Source: Selaginella moellendorffii
Lineage: Eukaryota > Plantae > Lycopodiophyta
Assembly (NCBI RefSeq): GCF_000143415.4
Contig: NW_003314291.1
Coordinates: forward strand, 1,007,702-1,071,701
Length of the DNA stretch: 64,000 nucleotides
Reading direction: 5' to 3'
A program made the position numbers and the translations under genes. Numbering within the stretch: the first letter of the stretch is position 1; each line of letters begins with the position of its first letter. Positions 22,823 through 35,198 of this stretch are shown one piece after another. Below the pieces are notes generated by a model that saw only the letters and a list, made by a program, of their open reading frames with translations, made no database searches and was not told where the DNA came from.

Positions 22823-24492
22823 ATGACAATGGCGGATTTACTCACGCACCGGCATTTCTCTCCAGATATCTTGGAGTCCGATGCTTACAGCATTTCGGGT
22901 CTCTCGCCGCCGCTCTTTGTTTCGGATCACAACACCACCGATTCGGAAGAAGGGTCCCGGTCAGACTCGGGTGTAGTTTCTTCTTCGCCGGTCAATCTTC
23001 CCGCTACTCACACCACAGCAAGAGCGGCCACTGACGGCATGCATTTGTCGCTGGAGTTTGAAGATCTGGTGATACGTCGGGAGAAGATGAGGCTCCGCGG
23101 CGAGCAGCTCGCAGGTGGAGAAGGCGAAGAGGAAGCTAACAGGGAAGAGCTCTCTATGTTGGCTCTGGTGCTGGACACGCTGAGAAGATCCTTGCTAACA
23201 TGCAAGGCTTCCGAGGAGGAGGTTGCGTCCATGGATATTGGCTGGCCTACCAACGTCCGGCATGTAACGCACGTCACATTTGACAGGTTCAATGGCTTTC
23301 TCGGCTTGCCGGTGGAGTTTGAGATCGAGATCCCCCGAAGAGTTCCCAGTGCAAGGTTCGTTCCTGGCGTTTGTTTTAGCTGTTTACTTATGCTGTTTTG
23401 TTTTGTTTTTTTTTTCTCGTGTATCAGTGCCAGTGTTTTTGGTGTCTCTCCAGAGTCGATGCAATGCTCTTATGATTCCAAAGGCAACAGCGTTCCGACC
23501 ATTTTGCTGCTCATGCAGGAAAGGCTTTACAGCCAGGGGGGCCTTAAGGTCTGTGATTCTTTGTTTTCCTCTTCTCTTGACGTGAGTCTTTGTCGGTGTC
23601 CAGGCGGAAGGAATTTTCAGAATAAACGCCGAAAACAGCCACGAAGAAATCGTACGGGAGCAGCTCAACCGTGGGATCGTCCCACACGATATTGATCTTC
23701 ACTGTCTAGCTGGTCTCATCAAGGTATGAAAACAGCACGCACTTCCGTTAGTCTGAAACTATAAAGGCTCTGTCTCAGGCATGGTTCCGTGAGCTTCCTA
23801 AGGGGGTCCTCGACACTTTAACGCCCGAGCAAGTGATGCAGTGCCACAACGAGGAGCAATGTGTTGAGCTCGTGAAGTTGCTGCCTCCGACGCAAGCAGC
23901 TCTTCTAGACTGGGCGCTGAATCTCATGGCCGACGTCGCCCAGGAGGAGGCGTCAAACAAGATGAACTCCCGGAACATCGCAATGGTTTTTGCTCCCAAC
24001 ATGACTCAGGTACGTTCCTCTTTCATTTGGTGCTTGGTTTTTGTTTTCTTTTCTGTAATGTATTTCCTTTTGCTGTCCCAGATGGCGGATCCACTAACAG
24101 CACTCATGCACGCTGTACAAGTGATGAACATTCTAAAGACGCTGATTGTGAGGACACTACGGGACAGGCAAGAGGCTGTGCTCGATCCAGGCCCTGCACC
24201 GTCTTTGCCGAGTAACAAGGACGAAGATGACGACCAGCAGCACTGTGGGAGTGGACTGATTGACAAGGCAACTTCGGCAGAAGAAGAGTACGATGACTAC
24301 AGGCAACACCAACAACAGCAGCAGGAGCAAGAGGAGCTGGATCAAAATCACCGTCACCACCATCTTCACAATCACCATCAGCAGCAGCAACAGGTGATGA
24401 TGCTCCACGCGAAGCAAAAGAAAATCCGGTCTGCCGCGCCGAGGCTGCTCAACAGAATAGACAAGCAAAGCGAGAGGGCCGAAGCCTGGTAA
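22823..24492 (+). CDS. RopGAP: Rop GTPase-activating protein with CRIB and RhoGAP domains
   Basis: CRIB MDIGWPTNVRHVTHVTFDRF; GAP motifs VFGVS, AEGIFRIN, AWFRELP, NKMNSRNIAMVFAPNMTQ; polyQ/H tail ending ERAEAW. Start is 22823 or the upstream in-frame ATG at 22682. Confidence 0.93.
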
Positions 24493-24711
24493 GAACAAAC
24501 TTTTGCTCGTTCTTACCATCGCTTTGCACAGATTGTTGTACCATAGCTAGCCAGTCGATCGCCAACAGCCGTTTGTAAAATAATCTGGCTGCTCGCTCGG
24601 TTCTCTCGAGTCTAACTTTAGTACCTTTTTTTCTCCTTATAAAACTTACATTTTGGTTTTGCAAAGCCAGAGTTCTAGGAAGACGAAAGAGAGAAGAAGA
24701 AGAAGAAGATA

Positions 24712-25110
24712 ATGGCGGACGAGCGAGAGTGGCTGGACGCTTGCTTGTTTTTGAGCAAAGGGCCATCGTTGGCGATGGAGTTTCTGGACGAGGAAGCTCG
24801 CGTGATGCTGTGGGCTTACTGGGAGCAAGCTCTGGAGGGTCCGGCGGAGGAGCTCTCGCAGGAACAGGGGATGAGTGATGAGAGGGCGAGGAAGCGGAGG
24901 GAGGCGAGGAGGAGGCTGGGAGAGATGCCCAAGTCGGAGGCGAGGAGAAAATTGGTGGGGTTGATGTCGAGTGTGGTTCCCGAGTGGCGAGAGTGGTGTA
25001 GAGAGCATGGCGAGAGGATCCGGGAGGAGCAAAGGAGTGGCGGCGAGGCGCAAAAGCTGCTGAGAGCGTTTAGCTTGAAAACCGGGATTAAATTGTCGCC
25101 TAAGTTGTGA
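24712..25110 (+). CDS. Divergent acyl-CoA-binding (ACB) domain protein
   Basis: Helix pattern A..F...L..E...LWAYWEQA.EG ... RKRREARRRLGEM...EA...LV.L....PEW follows ACB-domain spacing. Intronless. Confidence 0.6.
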   Translation: MADEREWLDACLFLSKGPSLAMEFLDEEARVMLWAYWEQALEGPAEELSQEQGMSDERARKRREARRRLGEMPKSEARRKLVGLMSSVVPEWREWCREHGERIREEQRSGGEAQKLLRAFSLKTGIKLSPKL

Positions 25111-25329
25111 ATCACTCTCAGCTAAACGTGACAAAGTAAAACTTGTTAAGAACCCTAAAATCTATTTATTTATGAATGTCAAGACAAAGTTTAAAACAAG
25201 GGTAATTTTATGTGATTTGCACATGCCTCCTATGCATCATTTATATTGTTATCGTGTGATTTATTGTTAATTTGAAATGATTAATTTAAAATGGATTAAA
25301 GTGTGCAAAAGTGATTTTTCCTTACATAT

Positions 25330-28300
25330 TTTTTTAAAAAATTTAATCTAAGTAAATAATCTTACAAAATTATTAAAAATTTATAAAGGGTATATCAATT
25401 ATTTTTTTGGATATTAGGACAAAAATAATGTACTTTATGAGTGCAATAAGATAGTGATTTATCTGTTTCACAAAATTAATTAGGATTGTTTTCAAAAGTT
25501 ACTTACAGAACTGAAATTTGAAAATTTCTTTACTTTATGATTTTTTGGTGAAGATGGAAAAACTTTAATTTTTAAAGTATTTCTAAAATACAAGTAACAT
25601 ATTTATTTTCGTTTAAACTATAAACTAGTATTGAAATAAATTTGTACTAGGGTCAAATTAAATTATTTGGTCATAACCTTGTAGTTTAAACAAAAAAAAA
25701 ATTAATTGTATTTTAACAACACCTAAAAAATCAAACCTTCTTTGTCTTCATTAAGAAATCTTTAAACTTTAGTTCATCAAACAAAATTTTAAAATATTTC
25801 TAATTAACTCTCTCACAAAAATAAATTAGTGTCTCACTGCATATATAATAAATGCTATTTTGTTATCCCAATATTTATAAAAGTGAACTGATTTATCTTT
25901 ACTTAAAATCTAAAAAACAATCAATTTAATTAAAAGATCTTACCAAATAGTTAAAATTTTATAAAGTGTACATCAATTCTTTTTGTGAATAGTAGGACAA
26001 AAAAATAATATACTTTATGTATGTAGTGAAGTGATGATTTATCCGTCTAGGAGAATTAATTATGAATGTTTTCAAAGCTTACTAACATAAATGAAATATG
26101 AAAATTATTTTACTCTATGACTTTTTTGTGAAGAAGAAGAAGCTTTAATTTTTAAAGTATTCATAAAACATAAGAAACATTTTTATTTTCATTTAAATTA
26201 TAAGTTTATGTAAAAACATATAGTGACCAGTTAAGTTATTTGAACATAAACTTCTAGGTTGGATAAAAAAAATAAGTTAATTGTGTTTTAACAACACTAT
26301 AAACATTATGGTTTTTTTATCCTCACAAATATATCTTCAAATAAATTTTTAAGCTTTAGTGCGTCAATCAAATATTTAAAATATTTCTAATTAACTCTTT
26401 CACATAAATAAATTAGTGTCTCACCACTCATATAATAAATATTATTTTGTTATCCCAATATTATAAACGGGAACTGATTTTTCTTTACTTAATGTATTTT
26501 TAAAATTTGATTTACTTAAAAGATCTAAAGTTTAAATCAATTCTTTTTTGAATATTAAAACAACAAAATTAATGTATTTTATGTGTATAGTGAGATGGTG
26601 ATCTATATGTATGAGAAAATTAATTAAAAATGTTTCAATGTTTAGCGAACTAAAATTTTAAAATTCTTTTACTCTATAATTTTTTAATAAAGATGGAGAA
26701 ATTTTTATACACACACTATAATGTGTATGTTATAATCTTCATTGTATTTATGATCATCACTTTACTTGCCATGTGGTCAAATAAAATCATGAGGTAGAAA
26801 TAAGTGTCAAATGTGAATTTTTTTTTTTTCATCACAAATTTTTTGTATATGGTGAGCAAAGCAAACTCAACGAGAGCACTTGATAAAAAAATAGGGGAAG
26901 AAGAGAATGCCGATATAAGAATGTTGTGGGATTATTGAATCTCAACAGCAATGCTAAAATAGGCTCAAGCTACGCAAGGTAAAAATCTTAGCAATCTATC
27001 ATGATGAAGAAGTTTTAATTTTTAAAATATTCATAAAACATAAGTATATTTTATTTTTGTTTAAAAGTATAAATTTATGTTAGCATCTTTTACATATGCA
27101 AAAGCATATAGTGACCAGTTATTGAACACAAACTTATAGTTTGAACAAAAATAATAAGTTGATTATATTTTACTAATACTTTAAAAATCAAAGTTTCTTT
27201 GTTTTTACCAAAAAAATTTAGAGTAAAGAAGTTTTCTTTAGTTCATTAAGCAAACTTTCAAAATATTTTTAATTAACTATTTCACAAATAAATTAGTGTC
27301 TCTCTACACATATAACAGATACTATTTTGTTATCCTAATATTTATAAAAGAGAACTGAGTTCTTTTTACTTAAATTTCTTATAAAAACAATATTTAATTA
27401 AAAAATCTAAAGTCAAAACGTTTCAAAAGTTTGTTTAGCGAACTAAAGTTTGAGGATTTTTGTACTCTAATTTTTTGGTCAAAATAGAAAAGTTTTAATA
27501 CACACACTATAGTGTGTATATTGTAATTTTCATTATATTTATAATTATCACTCACTTTGCCACGTGGTTAAATGTAAGCTCCTATATTTGGACTTCTCCA
27601 TAGATCACCCAACTCAGTACTATTCACACCTAAGGACACTTAACCCTAAATATCCCAAGATCCTTAATCAATTGGAAAAGGAGACACATTTTTGTTTAGG
27701 GGTCTTTTCCTTTTATATTTGAACTTTTATGTTGTTTCTCAAATCGTTTTCTTTAGTTATTTATAATGTACTACGCTGCCCTGCCATATGTTAATCTCAA
27801 CATATGGTGTGATTCCTTTAAGCTAATCTACCATGCTTCCTTGCCAGATGTCAATCTCAACATGTGGTGTGATTCCTTTAAGCTAATCAATAAAGTCTGA
27901 CCCATACCAAATATAAGCTCTTGAATTTGAACTTCTCGGAAGGTCACCCAACCCAATATTATTCAAACCTAAAGACACTTAACCCTAAATATCCCAATAC
28001 TATTAACCGATTGAAAAAAAGAGTGTTTTTTTTTTCATGGCCCTTTCCTTTTATATTTGAACCTTAAGTTATTCCTTTTAGGTGCTTACAATAAGTTTAA
28101 AACTTGAATATTTATTTTTTTATTACTTGCATTTGTAAGGGTTTTTTATGTGTGGCACACAAAGTTAGATCAATAAAAGCACTTGACAAAAAAAAAGGGA
28201 AGAAGAGAATGCCAAGGTAAAAGTGTTATGAAATTACCAAGTTTCAATTGTAGCGCCAGGACAAATTCAAGCTATACAAAGTAGAAATTTCAACAATTTC

Positions 28301-28530
28301 TTCTTGATCATGTTAAAATATTTCTCTCTCACTCTCAATATCTCTCTCACACTAGCAATACATACACAATCACACACTACCTTACTTCTTGTTCTTTACT
28401 TTTTCATCTCCATTGACATTTTATTTACCTTAAGGAAAGCAGTTTAATAACTAAGCCTAAAAGAAGTAATTTAAATTATTTGCCCTTAAAGAAAGCTTTT
28501 GAACTAATGTTTAAATTGCTATATTACGAC
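25330..28530 (+). repeat. AT-rich array of degenerate ~570-630-bp units (repeat family A)
   Basis: Recurrent anchors such as tataaag.gta.atcaatt at ~25383 and ~25960, and aaatatttctaattaact...ataaattagtgtctc at ~25790, ~26380 and ~27260. Confidence 0.8.
27573..28090 (-). mobile_element. Cassandra-like TRIM (two LTRs with a 5S-rRNA-derived segment)
   Basis: Direct repeats 27573-27765 and 27912-28090 with outer TGTAAG/CTTACA ends. PBS-like tttggtat next to the 5' LTR. LTRs and internal region are homologous to the element at 53232. No TSD found. Confidence 0.8.
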
Positions 28531-28599
28531 ACGTGTCGCGCCTATATAGGCTTTTCTCTCCACATCTACCATGTCCGTGCGTCACGCCCTCTACTTCCA

Positions 28600-28790
28600 C
28601 GGTACACGCCGGCCTCGACTACCGCGACGCCGAGGTCGCCCGCGGCGGCATTTACCTCGTGCCCAGCGCCCCCATCATCGAGGCCGAGTACCGCGCGCTC
28701 GTCGCCTGCCTCCACACCGCCTCCCACCTCCGCGTCTCAATCCTCCGCGTCTATGGCGACTCCCAGCTCGTTGTCAACCCGGCGGAGTGG
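28600..28790 (+). pseudogene. RNase H-like (RVT_3-type) fragment
   Basis: IEAEYRALVACLHTASHLRVSILRVYGDSQLVVN matches the RNase HI-like EAEY..L / GDS.LV.N pattern. Truncated. Confidence 0.7.
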
Positions 28791-28841
28791 TACGCCCGGA
28801 GCCCTCTCACGCAGGCCCGGGCGATTAGCCGCGAGAGATTT

Positions 28842-29916
28842 ATGGATACAATGGCGAGCCTGCGCTCTTCTGCCGCACCGGTAGCACTCGCGTGTTTTGA
28901 TTCGACTCATGCTAGGAATGTAGCTGTCGGCAGCGCCTTGGATCGCGCAGCTCGGAATCGCCAGTTCTTGGTGGCGCCGGGGCGGATTCCATCGGATTTG
29001 CCAGGAAATCTGTGGGCAGGGGCTATGTCTTGGACGTCCATCCACTCTGCTACCGCGGGAGCAAGCCGGATTCCAGCGAGTTTTTGTGGTGGATGAGAGC
29101 GTTTCTTCGCAGGATTGTGCTTGCCGATCCAGTGATTGCTGTAAGTCTCGTTTTGTTGTTGCTGGATTGGATGAAATGCGAGTGTGTAGCGCAGGTTTTC
29201 GATGGCGAATTTGGGAATGACTATAGGAGAAAAATTCTTCCTTCTTACAAGGCTGGAAGGAGGAAATTCAAGCCTCTAGATCCGAGCTTCAAATGGACAA
29301 GAGGTTTAGAGGCGAGTTTCTCTCGTTTCCAACGCTTTCTTCGACAGTGTAACATACCTGTAAGTCCTCGATCTTTCATTTTTCCTTTTTCCATGAGCTA
29401 AAACTCGAAGTTCTTTGCTGACAGGTTGTGAAAGTTGATAATGCTGAAGCGGACGACGTCGTTACGACACTAGCTCGGCAAGTTACCGACAGGAGTTTGA
29501 AGGCAGTCATTGCATCCCCGGATAAAGATTTCAAGCAGCTGGTTTCGGAAGAAGGTCTAGCTGCTGATTCCGTTCGCGGATCTACGAAGGTGGTCATTTT
29601 ACACTGTCAAGGATTACGTTGAACAACACAAATGCGAGCCTGGGATTGAATTGGGACTTCGTAAGCATCCAGTTTCGTAAGTTTGGCTGATTATTCCAAA
29701 AAAAATTCTTTCCTAGGATGCTTGCTAGGGGATGCTGCTGATGGTGTTCCCGGTGTGCCTGGTTTTGGACGGAAAACAGCTCTGAAACTTATGAGGAAGC
29801 ACGGCTCGCTAGAAAATCTATCAAGTGTAGCGGCAATTGGAAGCCATACATACAAGATGCTCTCAAGCGATCTTGCTGCATTCCAATGGCTGGAGAAGGA
29901 ACTTGAAACGTTGTAG
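28842..29916 (+). pseudogene. Organellar 5'-3' exonuclease (OEX2-like), disrupted copy A
   Basis: YVLDVHPLCY, VFDGE.GN.YRR.ILPSYKA, EADDVV.TL, SPDKDFKQL, GD.ADGVPG. Frameshift near 29550 and deletions relative to copy B. Confidence 0.85.
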
Positions 29917-30072
29917 GTTTTTTAGCAGCAGTGAACTGATCAGGCTCGAGGTATGAAAAATATGAGCTCGCTTTATCATTTCCTACTTGATGGTAACAAA
30001 GGTTGGTCCACTTTTGCAGAAACCTCGGGGTCTTTCAAATGAGGATGCTCTTGCAGTATACAGGAGAATGCA

Positions 30073-31000
30073 ATGAAACCAGCCATTGGCATTGTTGTTG
30101 GTGCTCTCAAGGTATGTAGAAGCACGAGAGATCTACAACTAGGCAGGAGAATTCACAGGGATGTTTCCGAGACATGTGACTTCTCAAAAATTTTCATCGC
30201 TAACATCCTGCTCGATCTGTATGCAAAATGCGGAACCATGATAGATGCTCGTGGCGCATTTGACAGCATGCCGCATCGCGATGTGGTCTCCTGGAATTCG
30301 ATCATACAGGGCTATGCACAGAGGGGAAACGGTGAAATGGCTCTACAGTTGTTTGCTGGGATGGAAGACGAAGGGTACGAACCGGATCGAGTATCAGTTC
30401 TTGGTGCTCTCAAGGCTTGTTCAGCTCTTGATTTCCCGCGAGCAAACCTGCAGTTAGACTCCATTCCATGACGACAGTGCCAGAACGGGTTCTCGACGTC
30501 ACTGCCGCTCTCATCGTCCAAGAACTCTTCTTCCTCTTGCTTAATGTAGCGGTCGTCCCAGAGGTTTCAGGTGCACATTTGTATCTTATGCCACAGAAGA
30601 AAACGCAGAAAAAATCAAGAGCTTGATAGAGAAGGATTCCGGGCAGGCGATGGGTGGTATGCTTAGAGAGGAGCAGGGAGATTCACAGGAGCTTTGCTTA
30701 GATTCGGATCTCGCGATCTTTACGCAAAACGTGGGAGCTTGACAGAGGCTCGTCAAGTTTTCGAGCCATCGTAGTGTGGTGACATGGAATTCATGGTGAC
30801 ATGATTGTCGGGTATGCAGCAGCGGCGAGTGGTGAGCTCTCGATATCTATGATCGAATGCGTCGTGGAGCGGCTCCACCGGATGCTTTAACTTTCATCAC
30901 TGCGCTGAAAGCTTGTTGCCGTCTCGCGAACGAGGAACTTGGGACAGTGAAGAAGGAAGCTTAAGAAGTGCATAGGTAGCAAGAAAATCCACTTCTCCAG
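30073..31000 (+). pseudogene. PLS-class PPR remnant, copy A
   Basis: LLDLYAKCG..DARGAFDSMPHRDVVSWNSIIQGYAQRG.GE.AL.LF repeats, interrupted by stops and frameshifts. Confidence 0.85.
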
Positions 31001-31228
31001 TGTCGCCGCAGCTCGTCTCGATTCCCAGAACGGACCAGCAGCCGCGGCGAGAAACGAAGCGCATTTGGGACGACTGTGAGGCGCCATTGCCAGGGATTGG
31101 CAAGAGCATAGCTCGCAAAACCATAGGCTATAATTTTTTAGTTCATAGAGTGTCAATTGCCAATAAAACAGTTGGTTTAGTGCATGATGGGATAAGCAAT
31201 TGAATGAAGAAAGCAATGGGAAGAAGGA

Positions 31229-31759
31229 CTATCCGTACACTTTAGCGCCTCGTGCAATAGCATCCTGGATCCTTCCATTGATGGCGCCCTGGGTCTCCTT
31301 CCAACACCACCGGGCTTTACGCCAATCTGGTTTAACCTCCCAATCTGTAGATTCAAGCACCTCACCATCCTTCGAAACCTAGAACAAGAAGAAACACCAG
31401 TTCATGTTTTCAATCCTCTTGTGCCCAACTGAAAAGCATAAGTTCAAGTGTGCTCTTAGTGTAAAAGAACGGATGAATGACATTACCTTCTGCACATTGG
31501 AAAACATATACTGGTTCCTCTCAGCATCCTCGGCATCATCAAGTATTACTGCAGTGCAACGCACGCCCTCTTCATCTGCGGGGTAAAATCTCCCCCCAGT
31601 CATGGTAAATCCATCGCCAAAATCCTTAGGACTCATGATCAGCGGGAAATAATCCCTCTCTGTGACCGGATCATGGACCATACTCTCCCCAAATGTGAAA
31701 TCCGCCACGTATTCCTGGCCTATGCGCCTCAGCATCCCACGCACAGCCTCCTCGTCCAT
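31229..31759 (-). CDS. Orphan two-exon gene, 140 aa
   Basis: Exon 1 (31759-31487, MDEEAV...NVQK) and exon 2 (31378-31229, VSKDGEVLESTDWEVKPDWRKARWCWKETQGAINGRIQDAIARGAKVYG*) join in frame across a GT-AG intron. Confidence 0.6.
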
Positions 31760-31859
31760 GCTCGCTTTACGATAAAATGTTAAGAACCCTAAAACCTCAA
31801 AATCAAAGTTTTAGGATCAAGCTTGTGGAACACGATGGTTTATGCATATGCCCATTTCT

Positions 31860-32110
31860 AAGAACAAACTTTTGCTCGTTCTTACCTTCGCTTTGCACCG
31901 ATTGTTGTACCATAGCTAGCCAGCCGGTTGCAAACAGGTTTCTCATAGAACTTACATTTTGTGTTTGCAAAGCCGACTGAGAGTGGCTGGATGCTTGTTT
32001 TTTTGTGAGCAAAGGGCCACGATCTACATAAACACTCGGGAAACAAACTGAAAGAGCAAGCCCACCAAATTTCTCCTTGCCATCCCTTGTTCCTACGAGA
32101 GCTCCTCCGC
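31860..32110. pseudogene. Internally deleted copy of RopGAP 3' flank plus the ACB-domain gene, partly inverted
   Basis: aagaacaaacttttgctcgttcttacc... matches 24491 onward and gagagtggctgga matches ~24725. 32020-32110 is the reverse complement of ACB-gene-derived sequence. Confidence 0.8.
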
Positions 32111-32319
32111 CAGCAGAAGAGAGAATATATGCTCTAGAATAACATCCAAGCATATAGTTATGTACAAGAAAATCATGAGCTGGTATCATGAAATGTGGTA
32201 ATCCCCAAGTCAAAATCGTGATATTTTGTTACTATCTAGGCAAACTTTTTTGTTTTAAATTTCAAATGAACGAATATACTTCAACTTGAGATGCCACACA
32301 GCCGGCCATAATTTACCAA

Positions 32320-35110
32320 ATTCAAATGAATTAACATGCCAGCTGAGCAATTTACATGTAATTTGGAATGTGATTCCTTATTATACAAAAAATTACCATG
32401 GATTCAAATAAGTTACCATGCAATGCCAACCGAGCGGCTTACATGTAATTCCTCACGATAAAGAAAATTACCATGGATTCAAATGAATACCATGGGATGC
32501 CAACCAGGTATAGTTTAGAATGTGATTCCTCACTATAAATCAAATTACCATGGATTCAAATAAGTTACCATTTTAAATTTTCCCATTGTGTCATGAAACT
32601 GGGAGATTAAAAAACTTGCTATAACCTTCTTGGCAATGATGGAAAGGGATGTTTGCAGTTGGTCATCTTGATAGATCCATTCAAGCCTTTCTAAAGATGC
32701 CTTAACGCCATTGGGATTCCTCAAAACAAAAAGAGGAATGCTATGGCAATTGTAGCTGCACATGCTATGGATAGCCTGGAGTGTGTGGAGATCTGATCCA
32801 ATGGATGCCATAACAATTTTTAGGGTTTGTCAGGCATAAATAAGGTTTTTGGTGCCATGGTGAAGATGAAAAAATAAAAAACAAAAGGTAAGGTAATAAT
32901 ATTTGTTAAGTATATAAAACCCTTTTAATCAAATTAAATTTCCTTCTGAGAAGTTCAGGCAAAAGAATTCACTTTTGCACACTTTAATCCACTAACAATA
33001 CACACTTATAAAACAATCAAAATTTTACAAATTGTATATTAATTCACTTTCATAAATATTATGACAATAAAATAGCATCTCTTATATGTTATTAATGCCA
33101 TGAGATAGTAATTTATCTGTGTGAGATAATTAGTTATAAATATTTTGAAAGTTTGCTTGACGAACTAAAGTTTGAAAAATTTTTTGCTCTAAGATTTATT
33201 GGTGAGGACAAAGAAGCTTTAAGTTTTAAAATGTTGCTACATCTCATTTTAGTTCAAATTATTAATATGTGTTCAAATAGTTTAATTGGTCACCATATGT
33301 AAAACTAATCACTATATGTTTTTACATATGTGATAGAGATTACATAAATTTGTTTGGATGCAATATTATAGTTTCAACAAAAAAAAAAAGTTGTTTGTAT
33401 TTTAAAAATACTTTAAAAATTAAAACTCTTTCATCGTTACTAAAAAATCATAAAGTAAATAAATATTTAGACTTTAGTTCACTAAGTAAACTTTTGAAAT
33501 GTTCTTAATTAATTTTTTCAGATAGATAGATCATCTCACTACACATATAAAGTATATTATTTTTTAATATTTATAAAAAGAATTGATATACAGTTTATAA
33601 AATTTTAACCATTTAGTAAGATCTTATAATTAGATCAAATTTCTTACTAGAAATTTAAGTAAAGAAAAGTCACTTTTTCATAAATATTATAACAGCAAAA
33701 TAGCATCCTTTATATGTGTGGTGAGATAGTGTATGAGATAGTTAATTAAAAATATTTCGAAAATTTGCTTAACAAATTAAAGTTTTAAAATATGTTTTGC
33801 TCTAATATTTCTTGATGAGGACAAAAAAACTTAAAATATTAAAATGTTGCTAAAGCACAATCAACATCTCATTTTGTTCAAATTATAAACTTGTATTCAA
33901 ATAGTTTAATTATTCACTATATGCTTTTGTATATGTGATAGAGATTAAGCCTTGAGGTTTCTAATATCCCTCAGTATAATAAGACATAAAGATGGGAGCT
34001 TTTAAATCTCAAGCCTTAAAACAAACTTGTTTATATACAACCTTATAATTTGAATGAAAATAAAATGTTGATTGTGTTTTATGAATATTTTAAAAATTAA
34101 AGTTTCTCCATTTTCAAAAAAAATCATGGAGTAAATAAATCTTTGAATTTTAGTTTACTAAAAAACCTTTTGAAATGTTACTAATTAATTATTTTAAATG
34201 ACTAAATCATAATCTCACTGCACATATAAAGTATATTATTTTTGTTATCCTAATATTCACAAAAATAATTCATATATACTTTTTAAATTTTTAACCATTT
34301 GCTAAGTTCTTTTAATTAGATTGAATTTTTTTGGAAAATTTAAATAGAAAAAAATAATTTATTTTCATAAATATTATGATAAAAAATAACATCTTTTGTA
34401 ATTTTCTTTATCATAAGGAATTACATGTAAGCTGCTCGACTGGCATTGCATGGTAACTTATTTAAATCCATGGTAGTTTGCTTTATAGTGAGGAATCACA
34501 TTCTAAATTACATCTGGTTAGCATCCCATGGTAATTCATTTAAGAAAAATGAATTAGAAAAATTTTAAATTTTTTTATAAACTAATTTTTAAAGATATAT
34601 TTACTCTAAATTATTTTTTTGAAAACGGAGAAGATTTTATTTTTAAAATATTCCTAAAACACAACTAACATTTTTATTTTCATTTAAACTAGAACTTTGA
34701 GATTACACAAATTTATTTTGGTATTTATCATATATGTAGAAGCATATAGTGAACAATTAAGTTATTTGAATGCAAACTTATAATTTAAAAAAAAAAAGAA
34801 ATATTAATTGTGTTTTAACAACATTTTTAAAATTAAAGTTCTTTTGTCCTCACCAAAAAATCTTAGAGCAAAGAAGTATTTAAACTTTAATTTGTTAAAT
34901 AAACTTTTAAAATATTTCTAATGAACTATCTTACACAGATAAATTACTATCTCACTAAACATAAAATGGATTCAAATGAATTACCATGGGATGCCAACCA
35001 AGTGAAATATAATTCCTCCCAATAAGGCAAACTATTATGGATTCAAATCAATTACCATGTGATGCCAACAAAGCTTTTAGTAGAATGTCCTCATGCTAAA
35101 GCAAATTACC
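32320..35110. repeat. Short attaccatggattcaaat repeats in both orientations, enclosing inverted family-A units
   Basis: Motif recurs at ~32392, 32467, 32544 and 34965-35110 on plus, and as the reverse complement at 34400-34540. Family-A units lie on minus at 33050-34390 and on plus at 34550-34960. Confidence 0.7.
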
Positions 35111-35161
35111 ATAGGTATAAATTTCAAAACCAAGAATATTCCTTTCTTGGAGCGGGAGTTT

Positions 35162-35187
<26 letters not shown>
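35162..35187. repeat. (AG)n microsatellite
   Basis: Uninterrupted agagag run. Confidence 0.9.

Positions 35188-35198
<11 letters not shown>

Noticed and set aside
25149-25160. Interstitial telomere at aaccctaaaa sites (also ~31785 and ~44645)
   Set aside because: Single motifs rather than arrays; more likely telo-boxes or shared duplicated flank.
28600-29916. Functional RNase H / 5'-3' exonuclease fusion for primer removal
   Set aside because: The RNase H piece is truncated, the ORF running through it stops at 29096 out of frame with the exonuclease core, and it is inverted in the other copy. Adjacency is better explained by fragment shuffling.
32320-32580. CRISPR-like array of attaccatggattcaaat repeats
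   Set aside because: Eukaryotic context, degenerate repeats, mutually similar spacers and no cas genes.
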